NCBI RefSeq assembly: GCF_025526975.1
Contig: NW_026515680.1
Location: 1 to 64,000, forward strand
Direction of reading: 5' to 3'
From: Fimicolochytrium jonesii
Lineage: Eukaryota
DNA length: 64,000 nucleotides
Part shown: piece by piece, positions 1-12,323 of the stretch
How positions within the stretch are numbered: the stretch's first letter is position 1
Layout of the letters: the number at the start of each line of letters is the position of its first letter
Made by a program: the position numbers and the translations under genes
The notes under the pieces: model-generated
Database searches by the model: none
What the model was told of the DNA's origin: nothing
What the model saw: only the letters and a program-made list of their open reading frames with translations

Positions 1-651
1 TCTCTTCAGTTAATGGCTCAACCCCATACGATCACTTTGACAAAACCTACAGTTGTCATGACCAACTGGAGAACACCCTGTGAGCACCTTATAGGGTGTG
101 GGAAGTGTGGGAGACAGGTGCGCCTTCAGTTCTCAATGCTTTGATCCAGGAATTTGCAGCTGGCTTTGGAGGCCTCTATGCAGGCTTCTTTGCAAAGAGG
201 GTTATCACTTTCTCGCTCCCTGCGGACTTTTACTGGTCGCATGTGGTCTCAAATGGGGTTTTGTGCATTTTCCTCAAAAGTTTTAGTCAAGGGTTGTCTA
301 GGGTTTTGCAAAGGGCTAATTCAAAGCCCTTGACGACTCTCTTCAGTTAATGGCTCAACCCCATACGATCACTTTGACAAAACCTACAGTTGTCATGACC
401 AACTGGAGAACACCCTGTGAGCACCTTATAGGGTGTGGGAAGTGTGAGAGACAGGTGCGCCTTCAGTTCTCAATGCTTTGATCCAGGAATTTGCAGCTGG
501 CTTTGGAGGCCTCTATGCAGGCTTCTTTGCAAAAAGGGTTATCACTTTCCCACTCCCTGCGGGGTTTTAATAATGACAAGTTGTCCCAAATGGGGTTTTG
601 TGCATTTTCCTCAAAAGCTTTAGTCAAGGGTTGTCTGGGGTTTTGAAAAGG
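1..651. repeat. 337-bp tandem repeat, about 1.9 copies visible; may continue left of the window
   Basis: TCTCTTCAGTTAATGGCTCAACC begins at 1 and again at 338. The copies stay near-identical to about 650, and ORFs 98-286 and 435-623 are near-duplicates. Confidence 0.95.
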
Positions 652-743
652 ATTCTCCAGCACACTTCTAGGAATGTTTTTCATTATTGGTGCAACGCTG
701 TACGGGAACATTTTCCTTTCCCACATCCCACGGCCTCACCATG

Positions 744-770
744 TAACCCTAACCCTAACCCTAACCCTAA
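744..770. repeat. Interstitial telomeric repeat (TAACCC)4.5
   Basis: TAACCCTAACCCTAACCCTAACCCTAA read directly. Confidence 0.95.
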
Positions 771-2357
771 GTGTCGTCATTTACACGACAGTGAATTACA
801 GACAATGCTGAATTTGTTCGGCAGGTAATTAAGACCACTACGGGTTAAAGTAGTGCTGGTAAGTGCGGCCCACAATGCAATCTTCCGGGTTCCTCAGAAG
901 TAGTGTCCATCCTATCCAGGAGCCTGTAATGTCGTTGAAGTTGTGTGACATGTGGAGATCCCATTTATCCTCGCCATCCGGATCAAACATGTCCAAGACA
1001 AGCACATGCGTAGTGCCGCCAGCGATGGCACTTTGAAGAAAGGCTTCAGCGGCTGCCTCGGGGATGTCTTCCCCTTCGGGTGGGGTTGCAGTGCACATGG
1101 CGGTCGATTCAATTTTGCTATCCATGATGGCCTAACCCTGATGGACCGAGATGTACTGAATCGCCGATGAACCGCTAATGTATTGATCGTTAAATGATGT
1201 ACAGGTATAGTATCTGTGTATCAGTTTACCCTTGTTGTGCTGCGAGCTCATTGTGTCCAACACCTGAAGGGCAGGAGACGGTCGTCGATCTCCCTTCATT
1301 ACGCGCATTGTTTATGCTAGGGCCGAAGGGCCGAAGGGCTGACCTGCGCACCTATTCTGTCCCTCGACGTCATGCGTTAGAAATTCTACCTTGGAAATGA
1401 AAGTAGTTGCGCCGACTGCACTGCACGCCCGCCAAGCAACAATCAGCCCAACCTTCTGCGATGGCCGTTCCGTAGACGACGACATCACCAACATGCAGAG
1501 GTTCCGACTGTGGTGGCAGTTTCCTGCCGCGATCACTTGACGACAATTAACAACCGACCTTTGTACGCTTTCCGGCGCATGCATGTTGACGAGGTGAACA
1601 CCTTGGTGGTTGATCCTACACACAAGGTGGCTGCGTTCAACAAGGTCAATCACCAACATCCTGTGCAGTCTGGCAAAGTGGCAGCGCATCGCTTGCGACG
1701 GAACCACGTCCATGTGGCATTAATTTACGAATCGCTGATTAATCAGCTGGCCAGCTTATTCCGCTCGCCAGCTCTGTGAGGGGGTGTGCTTTTCGCAACC
1801 CGATCCATTCCCGTTGTCTGGGTCCCCAAACACGCCGACCGTCTCCTCGGGCGACGTTCGAGCGACAACCTATCCTGTTCGCGAGGAAGCGCAGCCAGCC
1901 TTGACGTAACAAGAGGCTGCGGAAAAGCTTCCAGACCAAGGGTCATTTTTGGTCACATTGAACATGAACAAAGATATCGGTTCCGACAGGCTGATTAGGT
2001 TTAATGTCAAGAACAACACGACAGAAGTCAGAGCGTACTTGCAAACGTGCATCCTTCCCCAGAGCACGCAAACTTTGGCTGTCTACGACACTACCGGCAA
2101 TATCTTCAAAGGACGGCTATTGAATTCTCGACAAACATCGCAGCGCAGGCGGTAGAGCCATCACATCAAACCGGTCCCGCGCAAAACTCGATGAGAACGC
2201 TGCCTTCCCTGCTCTCGGGACTAATGGCGCAACTACAGCGTTTTCGGGACGCACACGCACAATGCCAGCGGCTAATGGCGATCTGGAAGCCATCGCGACC
2301 GTCCTCATCTATGAAGATCTTGCAGAGCCAGAGGATCACTTAGGCTGCCTTAGGCTA

Positions 2358-2559
2358 CAGTAGGCTGCCAGATATCTGGTTACGACGCCCCAAGGACACA
2401 TCATTCCGGTCATAGCCACCGGCTCAAGTTGCCGACCCCCATGCAAATCCTTTCAGCACGACCGCTAGCCCAGGGCAGGACTGACATCTCGCCGGTGACT
2501 TCTGGGTTGCACATGGAGGCTCAACAACCCGTCGTAACCAGATATCTGGCAGCCTACTG
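2358..2559. mobile_element. Tc1/mariner-type MITE (202 bp) with TA target-site duplication
   Basis: Perfect 34-bp inverted repeat at 2354-2387 and 2530-2563. Ends are TA|CAGTAGGCTGCCAGATATCTGG...CCAGATATCTGGCAGCCTACTG|TA. Too short to encode a transposase. Confidence 0.85.
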
Positions 2560-2655
2560 TAGCAGCCACTGTAAGCAACGACCGACTGTACCGAAACGTG
2601 GGCCTCACGAACGATCCCGCCGACTATCCAAACGGAATTTGGGGGAGGCATCTCG

Positions 2656-3912
2656 TCACTCCTCTTGATGGCCCGGAACGACCCAATCGTTCTCGCTGAG
2701 AAACTCGTTGACGTGTTTTACGGACTGTATGACGGGCACAGTGACGGCGCCTTCGTCCTCGTTGTCTCTTAAAAACTTTTCCACAATTCCCCCGAACCCG
2801 CTGGCGTGGAGAACGCGGCCTATCTTCGCATGAAGATCGAAGTATCGCGGGTCAGGTCTTTGAGCGTGCTTCCCATCTAGAAGCAATGTATCGCCATCCA
2901 CGACCGTTTGCAGCGCGTTTGCCATTTGCCGCACTCTACTACCCGTGCGAGCCAGATGGGCAATCGTGTACACGATCGCATTATCCGCGGTCGTCGACGT
3001 GTCCACCATCCAGTTGAATTTCCCAAAATTTTGATGGGCCGAAGTCCACAAAGTGATAATGTTCGGCAAGACGTCGACTTTCCCCAGATCCATGCCGGGA
3101 TGGCCGAAGAGGTTCAAAGCCGTTTCGAGATGTTGGCCTGCTCCCTAGAATGCGTTATCAGATAAGCTTCTATTCCACCTAACTTAAAGTGGCGCTACAG
3201 GACACATACCCGGACTTTTTGAATGGAGAAAGGAACGATGTGTGCTCCTTCTGTATACTCCATCGCAGCGTTAGGGTTGGCCGCCGCCTCCTCCGAAGGC
3301 GCGGCTTCCGACATGTAAGCCGAATATACACAGCGGTACCCGTCCCTCTCCAACGCCTCCACTTTCAAAACACCGTCCCGCTTCACCGACGAGTCCGTGT
3401 TCCGAAGCGTATCCAGCGCATTTTTTGAGCTTTCGCATACCGAGGGGAGAGGAGCGGACGGACGGCGTGCGGCGCGATGACCTTTTCGGCGAACCCGGGG
3501 ATGCGGGCGAAGACGATTGCCTACTTGCTGGAGTGGTGCGTCCGGACGACCGAGGAGTAGCTCCGCCTATGGCCTTGCACGTCGTAAGGAAGATCTTGAT
3601 GGTTTCGAACAATATATCGACCGCGTGCACTTGGTTACGTAAGGCCTTTCCTCCCTCACAGGCTTGCCGTACGGCCGTTGCGACCATGCCGCCCTCCGTA
3701 GCCGTGACAGTATGCAAAGCGTCGTAGATCTTGTAGTTCAGAGATCGGATAGGCTGGTACTCATCTTGGCGGTTCTTAGTTGCTGCACCGGACTTCGCAT
3801 ATGGGATCTTGGCTGCCAGGTACGCCGTTCGGATGGGGTCGATATTTGTCGCAGTGGCCATGGCGAAGCTGTCGAAGAGAATGCGAACAGAATGGTCGGT
3901 GAGGGAACGCAA
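2656..3912 (-). CDS. Fungal HNH endonuclease-domain (HNH_2-like) protein, spliced and possibly disrupted
   Basis: Motifs ALERDGYRCV, AHIVPFS, NIITLWTSAHQNF and PDPRYFDLHAKIGRVLHASG. GT-AG intron at about 3147-3208. The N-terminal ORF 3271-3912 is in another frame (frameshift near an A6 run or an unmodelled intron) and has an in-frame TGA just upstream. Confidence 0.7.
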
Positions 3913-4245
3913 GTGCAGGCGATTCTGGGAGTTGAGAGATGCTCACTGTTGTTTGAAGAGGAGGAAGAGTGTACCGGCCAGGCGCAAAAGCTTTCTTGAC
4001 TTGCAACGTCGCGTAGGGTGCAAGGGCTGTGCAAGGGAATCAACACGTCCGGGGGGCGCAGTCGTCGAATTCCAGAAGGCTTGTTAATAAACGTACGGGA
4101 CTCATGGTGCGCACTGCCGCTCAGAGTCTGTGTTTGTCTACGTACAGAACCTATCACTCATATCCAATAATAGATAGTTAACCCTGCAAGCTTCTCGTTC
4201 GAGCGAACACAATGCAAGCGGGATCGATTTGCTTCCTCCCTCAAT

Positions 4246-7200
4246 ATGGACGTCGCCAACAACCGTAGTCGCAGCAGTAGCCGCTCGCCGAGCGCAGACA
4301 CAGGTCTGGTCGGAGCAGCAGTAGAGACCCCGCCTTCCGCTTGTTCAACCTCCCAGCCAACGAAGGCCACCGCAGCTCCCACCGTTCCCAGTCAGGACTG
4401 GCTTGCGGTTTGCGGAGATCCCATCGTCGTGCTATCGTCGAACGACCATAGGATAGAGTTCACCAACGATGCGTTCGCAAGAGAAATATCCTCGGGAGCA
4501 TTCCACCGGAGGTATGTACAACGTCGGTCTTTGCGACGCGAACGGCCGATATTCTCCTTTTGTTCATTCTTTTTGCTCACCCGCCGCTCCCACTCCATCC
4601 CGGCCGTGTCGAAAACAGGTCTTTCACGCAAAACTTCGTGCACCCCGACGATGTTCAAGCCGTTGTATCGCTTTTGACTACCTTTCGACAGGTGACTGGA
4701 GCAGTATCCGCGTCGCATCCGCAGCCCGTCCGTGCTCGTTTCCAGACGCTGCGGGTGACGGAAGGCATGCCCAAGTATGCCACTTACGACTGGACCATTA
4801 GCCTGCATCCAGGGACCTCTTCCCTTGTCCTCATTGGTCGTGCGGTCGACGGACCTGTGCGGGATATCTCGCGTGCTGCCGAATTTGAGGACTTCTTTGA
4901 GAACGCACCCATTGCCTTGCACTGGTTGAGCGCGGAAGGGATCGTGCTCTGGGCCAATAAGACCGAGGTATACGTCGCGCGTGATCGGTTACAGCGGACT
5001 TGGCTGAACGGACGCTGATTTCATCATTTCCAGTTGAACTTCCTTGGATACACGAAGGAAGAATACTTCGGTCGCCAGATCATGGACTTCTGTCCAGATG
5101 AAGCGGTCGTGCTTGAAATCTTCAAGCAGTTAGGTTCTGGGAGTGCCATCCACGACGTCCCCGTCCGCATACGCCACAAAGATGGTACCATCAAAGATGT
5201 TCTGATCGACAGCAACGTGAACTACCACCCTGACGGAAGTTTTCATCATACCCGGTGTTTCATCCGAGACGACACGAAGCGGAAAACAGAGGAGGCCTGG
5301 CTGAGGGCTCAGATAGACGCCGCGGAAAGCGCTGCGGCTGCCAAGGATGATTTTCTCCACGCGTTCGCCCACGATATCCGCACGCCCATGCAAGCCCTGC
5401 TCGGCACCGTCCAGCTCCTGTCGATGACAACTCTGGATGAGGAGCAAGTCGATTTCGTGGACACCATCCTGTCGTCCGGTGACGAGCTATGCAACATGCT
5501 GGACAACATCATGGATGCGGTCAAGTTCAAACATGGTATGCCCGTGATCCAAGTCAAGTCCGAGGTCTTCGACCTGAAAGCCGAGATCGAGAATGTCATC
5601 AAGCGGCTGGCGGTCCTATTGTACGACAGGGACGTGCTCTTGTCCCTGGCGTGGCACTCTGCAATAGCGTCGACGGTTCCGAAATTTGTGATGGGGGATC
5701 CTGTGTCGTTCAAGCGGGTCCTGATGAACCTGATCTCCAACTCAATGCGGTTCACTCGGAAAGGCTTCATCACAGGTATGCACGATGCCGACGATGCCTC
5801 CCCCTTTTGTGTTTCTCTGCCCGTCGTTCGCTTACCCGGGCACGCTTCGTCCCCTGTTTCAACCCAGTTTCCGTCAAGTACGATAGAACGGATCCAGAGG
5901 GCATGCCTTTCCGCTTCAGTGTGGTGGACACCGGTTCCGGTGTCTCCAAAGAAGACGCTCCCCATGTTTTTCAGAAGTATTGGAAGAAGGACGCGCACGC
6001 CGGACGGGGTATCGGCGAGTTCCAAGGCCCGCTGGGAACCGGAGGATCTGGGTTAGGACTGAACACTTGCAAGATGCTGGTCGAGGCGATGGGAGGGGTG
6101 ATCGGGCTGGAAACAGTGGATGAAAGAAAAGGTGCGGGCGGCGCGGTCTTTTGGTTTAAACTACCCTTGAGGGTAGTGCCCGACCCAACGACGGGCGGGA
6201 TCAACGGCATCCGCTCGCCGCCATCGACGATAGGGTCAGAACATTCGGAATTACAACGTCGCGCAGGGGTTCATGGACGGAAGGAGATCGATAGCGTCGA
6301 GCGGTGGATGGAAGGCGTGACCGCCACCGATAAGACACCGGCCGACGCGTATGCTCTATCAGAATGCGCGCCACCGGTCTCCAATGACGATTTGCACACG
6401 ATTTCCCCGGTCAACTTTCACCCCTCCCACCCCGTGCACCGAGCCTTCACGACACTGAATCTGAATGGATACCCGGAGCAAGGCGCGGCGAGGAGTGCAA
6501 TAGACGCGGTGGTGCGTCAGTCCCAGGCAGCCATCGAAAGCATAATGCGGAACAACACCTCGAACGTGGTGGCGCCTGACCGGATTCTCCCGTCCGGACA
6601 TGGTTTTGACAATCTCAACTCCCTTTCAAGGTCCTTCCTCAATCCATGCCCGCAGTCCGATCTGCAGCCTCATGCGGGAAGCGGACGAGCAGGAGCCCAC
6701 GGTCACGGCCCCTACGATGCTGCCATTGTAAGAAGCCGAGAGTCACTGACCGCGGGGACAATCCAGGAACCATTCAACGGTTCTCAGCAACACCTCGACC
6801 AACTCCAGCGACCACATCAAGGGCACCAGCATCAACACCTGCAGCAGCATCAACACCTGCTACACCATCAACATCTGCAACTCCATCAACCGCTACCGCA
6901 CCACAGCCGCATGCCGCTGACGTCCGTGTCCAGTCGGGCTTCCGAGACCAACACCACTTCGTCCGGCAATCGGTCCGAGCCGTCCTTCTCCGTCGTATCC
7001 ACACCTCGTGACGTTTACCAACCCTTGAACCTCCGCGTCATCGTCGCCGAGGACAACCCGCTCTGCCAAAAAGTCGCTAGACAAATCCTGCGCAAACTAA
7101 ATTGCACCGTGGACCTCGCATCCGATGGCATCGAACTCATCAACATGTATGCCTCCCGACACCCTGGCAAGGACTGGGACGTCATTCTCTGCGATCTCAG

Positions 7201-7645
7201 GATGCCCAACATGTCCGGGACCGACGCATCCCGTCATCTCAGAGAAGTTCTCGGGTGCGGAGTGCCCATCATCGCAGTAACCGCGGAACGTGGGGCAGCG
7301 GAACGGAGGGAGTGTTTCAAGATCGGCATGGTGAGTTAGTACTTTTGAACGCCCCTTTCTCATTGGGCTATCCCCTCGCCGCGTCTTCATTTCATGCGGA
7401 AGAGAGGGATTGCCCTGCCCTGCGGATCTTCCTTCGCTGTCGTGCAAATGGCCACTCCTGATGACGATCTTCCTCCCCTTTTCGTTCGCCATGCGCAGAA
7501 CGCTTTCCTTTCCAAGCCGATCGTCGTCTCGGAACTTGTTTCCAAGTTGAAGGACCTCTGCGATGTTGATCACGGCCGTGAGGAAAACATAGTGTCCCCC
7601 GGTGGGGTGCGACTTTCGCAGGGGAGGATCATCCGAAACGTATGA
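4246..7645 (+). CDS. Hybrid histidine kinase HK1 (PAS-PAS-HisKA-HATPase-REC), multi-exon
   Basis: PAS DFFENAPIALHW...HTRCFIRDDTKRK; H-box AHDIRTPM; N-box NLISNSMRF; G-boxes DTGSG and GSGLGL; receiver AEDNPLCQ...DLRMPNMSG...SKP. His/Gln-rich linker at about 6780-6900. Confidence 0.93.
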
Positions 7646-7894
7646 GTGTTCGCAAGTGAACGTTGTTGACAGGGCACGGAAGAGAAGGTCGGGCATTCCA
7701 TGCTTCCCGGAGAACCCTGATGTAGAGATTGCGCCGCCCAGCTATTTGTGTTCGAGCAATAGAAGTTTATTCTTTCCCAACCCTATTGTACATTTGGGAG
7801 TAGCCGGCTAAGAGTAGGACCTTCAAGATCGGTGCATGTTGATTGTATTCGCTATGCTTGTCTACGTACAGTACATGTCTCCTACGCTCGCTCT

Positions 7895-10800
7895 TCACTT
7901 TCCTTCTTTCCTGCTAACGTTGCCGCCGGACTTTCACCAAGTTCCTCGTACCCCTCACAGTAACGCAGCAATGTCCGCCGCAGATCTGCTCGTGCAAACG
8001 GCTTGGGCACAAAGTCGTCCATGAGCCCAACGCAATCGTCCTGCAAGTACGCGTTGGCACTAACGACAGTGATGGGTATCTACGTAGCAAAGTGATAGAC
8101 CGGAATTGCTCACTTGTCAGATATTGCATGTCCATTGAACCAAATCAAGCACAGACACGGAGAGGCAAACTTTGCGTCTCCGTGCGTTTGTCACCTTACC
8201 CTGCGTAGTAAATTCGCGATCTCCCATTGCCGAATAAGGGCTGCCGCCTCGATTCCGGACATTTTCGGCATGTTCAGGTCGAGCAAGATGATATCAAATG
8301 CGGACGGATTGCTGGTGTACTGCGAAACAGCCTCAACGCCATCACTGGCTATGTCGCATGTAACATTGAGCTTCTTCAGGTGTTGACGCATGATACGTTG
8401 GTTGATCTAATGGAAAAACGAAAGGTAGGGTTTAGCCCCACTTACCTCCAGTGAGTTTCATGAGCCCCGGGGGAAGGGAGCAGGCTAAATTACCGTATTG
8501 TCCTCGGCAACCAGCGCGTGGGGCCTTTCACGAACGTGGGTGATTGCATGCGTTGCACCTATGCGCCCTTCAGTTGGCGGGTCTGCGTGTGGCCGAATAA
8601 CTTCCGTCTTTAAAGGTCCAGGTCCATCGAGAGGTTTCTCAATCACGCCTGGACTCTTCCCTGCCGGTGAAAGGTCATCCGCCGACATGCTCAACCCTGG
8701 TATGGATCTCGCTAGGAACTGTTTTAGCATCGCTGGTCCCAAAGGAAGCTTGAGCCAGCGGGCACCGCGAAAGCCTTCCACGTCTTGTAAAGGTGATGAG
8801 CGTTCGAACGATATTGTCGGAGCAGCCAAAATTCCGACACCTGCCGGAAACTCTTTTAAGACAGCAGCGAGCGCCGGAGAGCTCATGACTACGGCCTCGT
8901 CAGCAATAACAAAGTCGAATTTGGTTTTCGAGGTTGCGGATGCCGCAATAACATCCACGGCTGCCTCAGGATTAGCCAGCCCCAAGACCTTTAGCCCCCT
9001 CGACGCTAGATGCGACAAGAGGACGTCGCAGACCATGCGCCGCGGATGTATGACCAGGCCGCGAAGCCCGGGCAACCACACAGGAACTACAGGCGGGAAC
9101 GCCAGCGATACTGTGAATTCCAGACTGAACGTAGATCCATGATCGTCCGGCGAGATCGACGATTCTACGGTTAGTGTGCCCGATATCAACGCTGCGAGCT
9201 GCTTTGACATGGGAAGGCCGATGCCAACACCATCAAAGCGCCGAGTGTCAGTTGCGTCAACTTGCATGAATGCCTCCCATATAAGTTTGGTCTGATCCTC
9301 CGGTATTCCACATCCATTGTCCTGAACTTGAAGGCTGAGATCCACACTGTCCAGTTCCTTCTTGACAACATCAAGCGCCACGACTATCCAGCCTCCCGGT
9401 CCACTTGCGAACTTGACGGCGTTGGACAGCAAATTGTCCAGAATTTGCCGCAGTTTCCATGGATCACCGATCACCGCAGCCGGGACTGGAGCTGATATCA
9501 GAAGCATCAAGTCTAAGCCCGCTTTGGCAGCTTCCACCGCATAACACTGAACTGTCTCGTCCAAAAGAGCGTTCAAGTCGAAATGAACAAATGCAGAGGT
9601 CGCAACCGGAATACTTGGTTGATTTGTAGTATCCAGTTCAATATGCATCAGGATACTGTTCACGGATTTGAGGAGGGATATTCCTGCCGCTTGAATAGCG
9701 ACCATACAATGGCTTTGGTCATCGGTGAGCTTATTGTCAAGGATAAGATCGGCGTTGGCAATGATGGCAGTGAGCGGTGTGCGGAGTTCTTTTAACAGAT
9801 AACATAGGAATGTCAATGCAATTCAAGGTCAGGTGAGATTGGAGTGGGGCGGGGTTTACCGTGCGACATCGTCCCCAAGAAACGCAACCGAGCGCGCTCG
9901 CTTATTTTCACCATGACAGCGAGCTGATTGGCCTGTTCTATGATCCGTCGCTGGGCAGTCTGGCGATCACTAATGTCACGAATTACAGCGGTGAATTTGC
10001 GTTCCCCCGCGACGTGAAAGTCGCTTATTGCCAGGTCGCAGGGAAAAATTGTTCCATCCTTCCGCTGTGCAGAGGCCTCGCGAGAGGTTCCAGGAACTTG
10101 CGCCTGGTCTGCTTCCATATAGGCAGAAAATTGCCCATCGTGAACTTCAGAGAGGCAAAAACAGGATCAGGGGATTGAACGCAGATATCACTTGACTCCT
10201 CAGGCGCTTCCCACCGTGGGATAGGTTCGGTACCAACAGGCCGACGTGTTTGCCCAACACCTCGTCTGCAGGATACCCCCATATTTTTTCGGCCGCCGGA
10301 TTAAACAATTCCAGTATCCCTTGGCTGCATACGATCATGAGAACAGTTATGAAAAATACATCTCAAATGGACAAAAGACATGACGGGCATTGCGCTGGAA
10401 AGAACACTTGCCTATCAATCACACACACCGCGTCGACGGTAGAATTGATCACCGAGGTCAATAGGGCCGCATTCTTTTCTCGTTCTGCTGCCGCACGCCT
10501 GGTCTCGGAGAGATCATGAAGGATACCGGTATAGAACAGTCGGTCCCCGATCCGCATCTCAGACACACTCAGTTCGATCGGAAAACAGACCCCATCCCGT
10601 CGCTGAGCTAAAACCTCCCTTGTAGTGCCAATGACGGACCGACGATGTGCGTGATCCTTATTTTTCAAGTAGCCGTCATGAACTACTCGTATGTGAAAGT
10701 ACACCATTATCAGGCGAGTAGATCAAAAAAACTGTGCAACCACATCCGCGCCGCTTACGTTCACGCAAAGGAGAGGGCATCAATATATTTATGTTCTTGC

Positions 10801-11645
10801 CGCGGATCTCGTGTTCCGAGTACTGGAATAGCTTTTCAGCAGCCGACGAAAATAGCTGTATGCTTCCTTCGGCAGAGATGACGATGATGCATTTCAGCGC
10901 TGTGAGGAAGAAACAGGTTGTTAATGTCCGCGATGAGAGAGCTGAAGATGGCCGGCCGCAATGCTCGATTTAGGAATGTAAATGGTCTACGGCTCAAGGG
11001 ATCACAGCTTACACGTAGCAAAAACGGCCTCCAAAATCTTCTCACTTTTGTCAGCGAGTCCCCTGAGATTCTCGACTTTGGCAAGAAGGACTCTGATCGC
11101 ATCCTTTCCAGGAATATCCATCACTGACCAGGACACACTGACGGGTACTTTTGCCTTTCCAGCGCATTCTGCGGATAGGGTGGCGCTATTCGAAGTAAGA
11201 AGCTGCGAGAGTCCAGAGTGATGATTATTGGAACGGCACGTTTCCTGGGCACCGGCCTCAGTATGTGACGCAGGAGGCGTAGAAGAACCTTCCCCTCTTG
11301 TCAGCATGCGCATAATCTCCTTCGAGAATTTCGAGAGTTAGTCTCCCGCTCCGTGCGGCTCCGTGCAGATCCGCACCGCAACCTAACCTCATAATTCCAA
11401 GGTCGACCACCAGCGTCCTGAACAAACGACCCGAAACCCTGACCGATGATGGAAGCTTCGTCGACGCCCAACAGGCCTCGAGTGTTCCGATCAGCGGCGA
11501 CTATCAAACCAGAGTTGGGATCCAGGAAGAACGTGGCTGAAGAGGAGGAGCCCGGAGTCTTGGGGATAGAGCCGCTTGCGCTGGGGTCGGGGGCTCCCCC
11601 AAGACAGGGAGGGTGACGCGGTGGGTGCGAGGGTGATGCTGGCAT
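7895..11645 (-). CDS. Hybrid histidine kinase HK2 with an N-terminal PAS-like region, two FixL-like PAS domains, HisKA, HATPase, pseudo-REC and REC; multi-exon
   Basis: H-box MSH|ELRTPL split by an intron; NLLSNAVKF, DNGCGI, GVGIGL; receiver AEDN...DLNMPKMSG...PKP. The last exon read by eye ends at TGA 7895-7897; start ATG is inferred. Confidence 0.92.
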
Positions 11646-11728
11646 GTGTGGGTGGCCCCGTTCTGCAAGCGGGAGGCGGGTTATAGTACAATTGTACAAT
11701 TTTCATCGGACGGCACCACCAGGCGTTG

Positions 11729-11774
11729 CGTCCAGAAAGCCCACATTCCAGAATCCAGACTCCCGGCAGTCATT
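11729..11774. promoter_or_regulatory. Composite motif upstream of HK2, shared with the FNT promoter
   Basis: CGTCCAGAAAG (11729-11739) and TCCAGAATCCAGACTCCCGGCA (11747-11768) recur at 16530-16540 and 16574-16595. Confidence 0.5.
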
Positions 11775-12323
11775 GTGGCTTGCCCCACACTCCTGAGAAA
11801 CCCGTGGTGGATCTCGGATCGGCGCCACATCTGCGACGCGATCATTTTGATTCTTGACCTGCGCCACGTTCGGTGTACTATGGGTTAGGGTTAGGGGCTC
11901 CTCACATCCCGGCCGGTTCCAATTTCCTTGCTTTTCTGTTCACCACCCTGACCCCCAGGTCTATAAAAAATAGTACCTGTACAGTACGTGTCTTTCTCTC
12001 GCTCTCGACTCACCCGCTCCCGGCTTGCTTTGTCTTTCGATGGCCACCCACTCCGACTCCTCCGTCCCGCGCGCCCGCGCACTCTCAATCCCTTCCACGA
12101 AGCGTCCCCGCCTCTTGCCTGCGTTAGCCGTGCCGCAGGGCGTCTATGTAGGCATCGAAATCCATCCCGTTTTTCCCACTCCCGCGTTCTCCATCTACGT
12201 GCACGACGGTTTCTGTAAGTTGACTGTGGATAGCGAGTGTCCGCGAAGCGGTGCGAGGTGGTTCACACCGCAACCTGACGATCCGTTCCATCTTCAGATG
12301 AAGTGGACTTCACAACCCAGATT

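Noticed and set aside
744..770. True chromosome end (also 40429-40458)
   Set aside because: The tracts are short and have ordinary sequence on both sides.
838..2343. Short ORFs between the satellite and the MITE (also 25681-27278 and 40507-42201)
   Set aside because: Possibly decayed coding sequence, but no recognisable motif supports a call.
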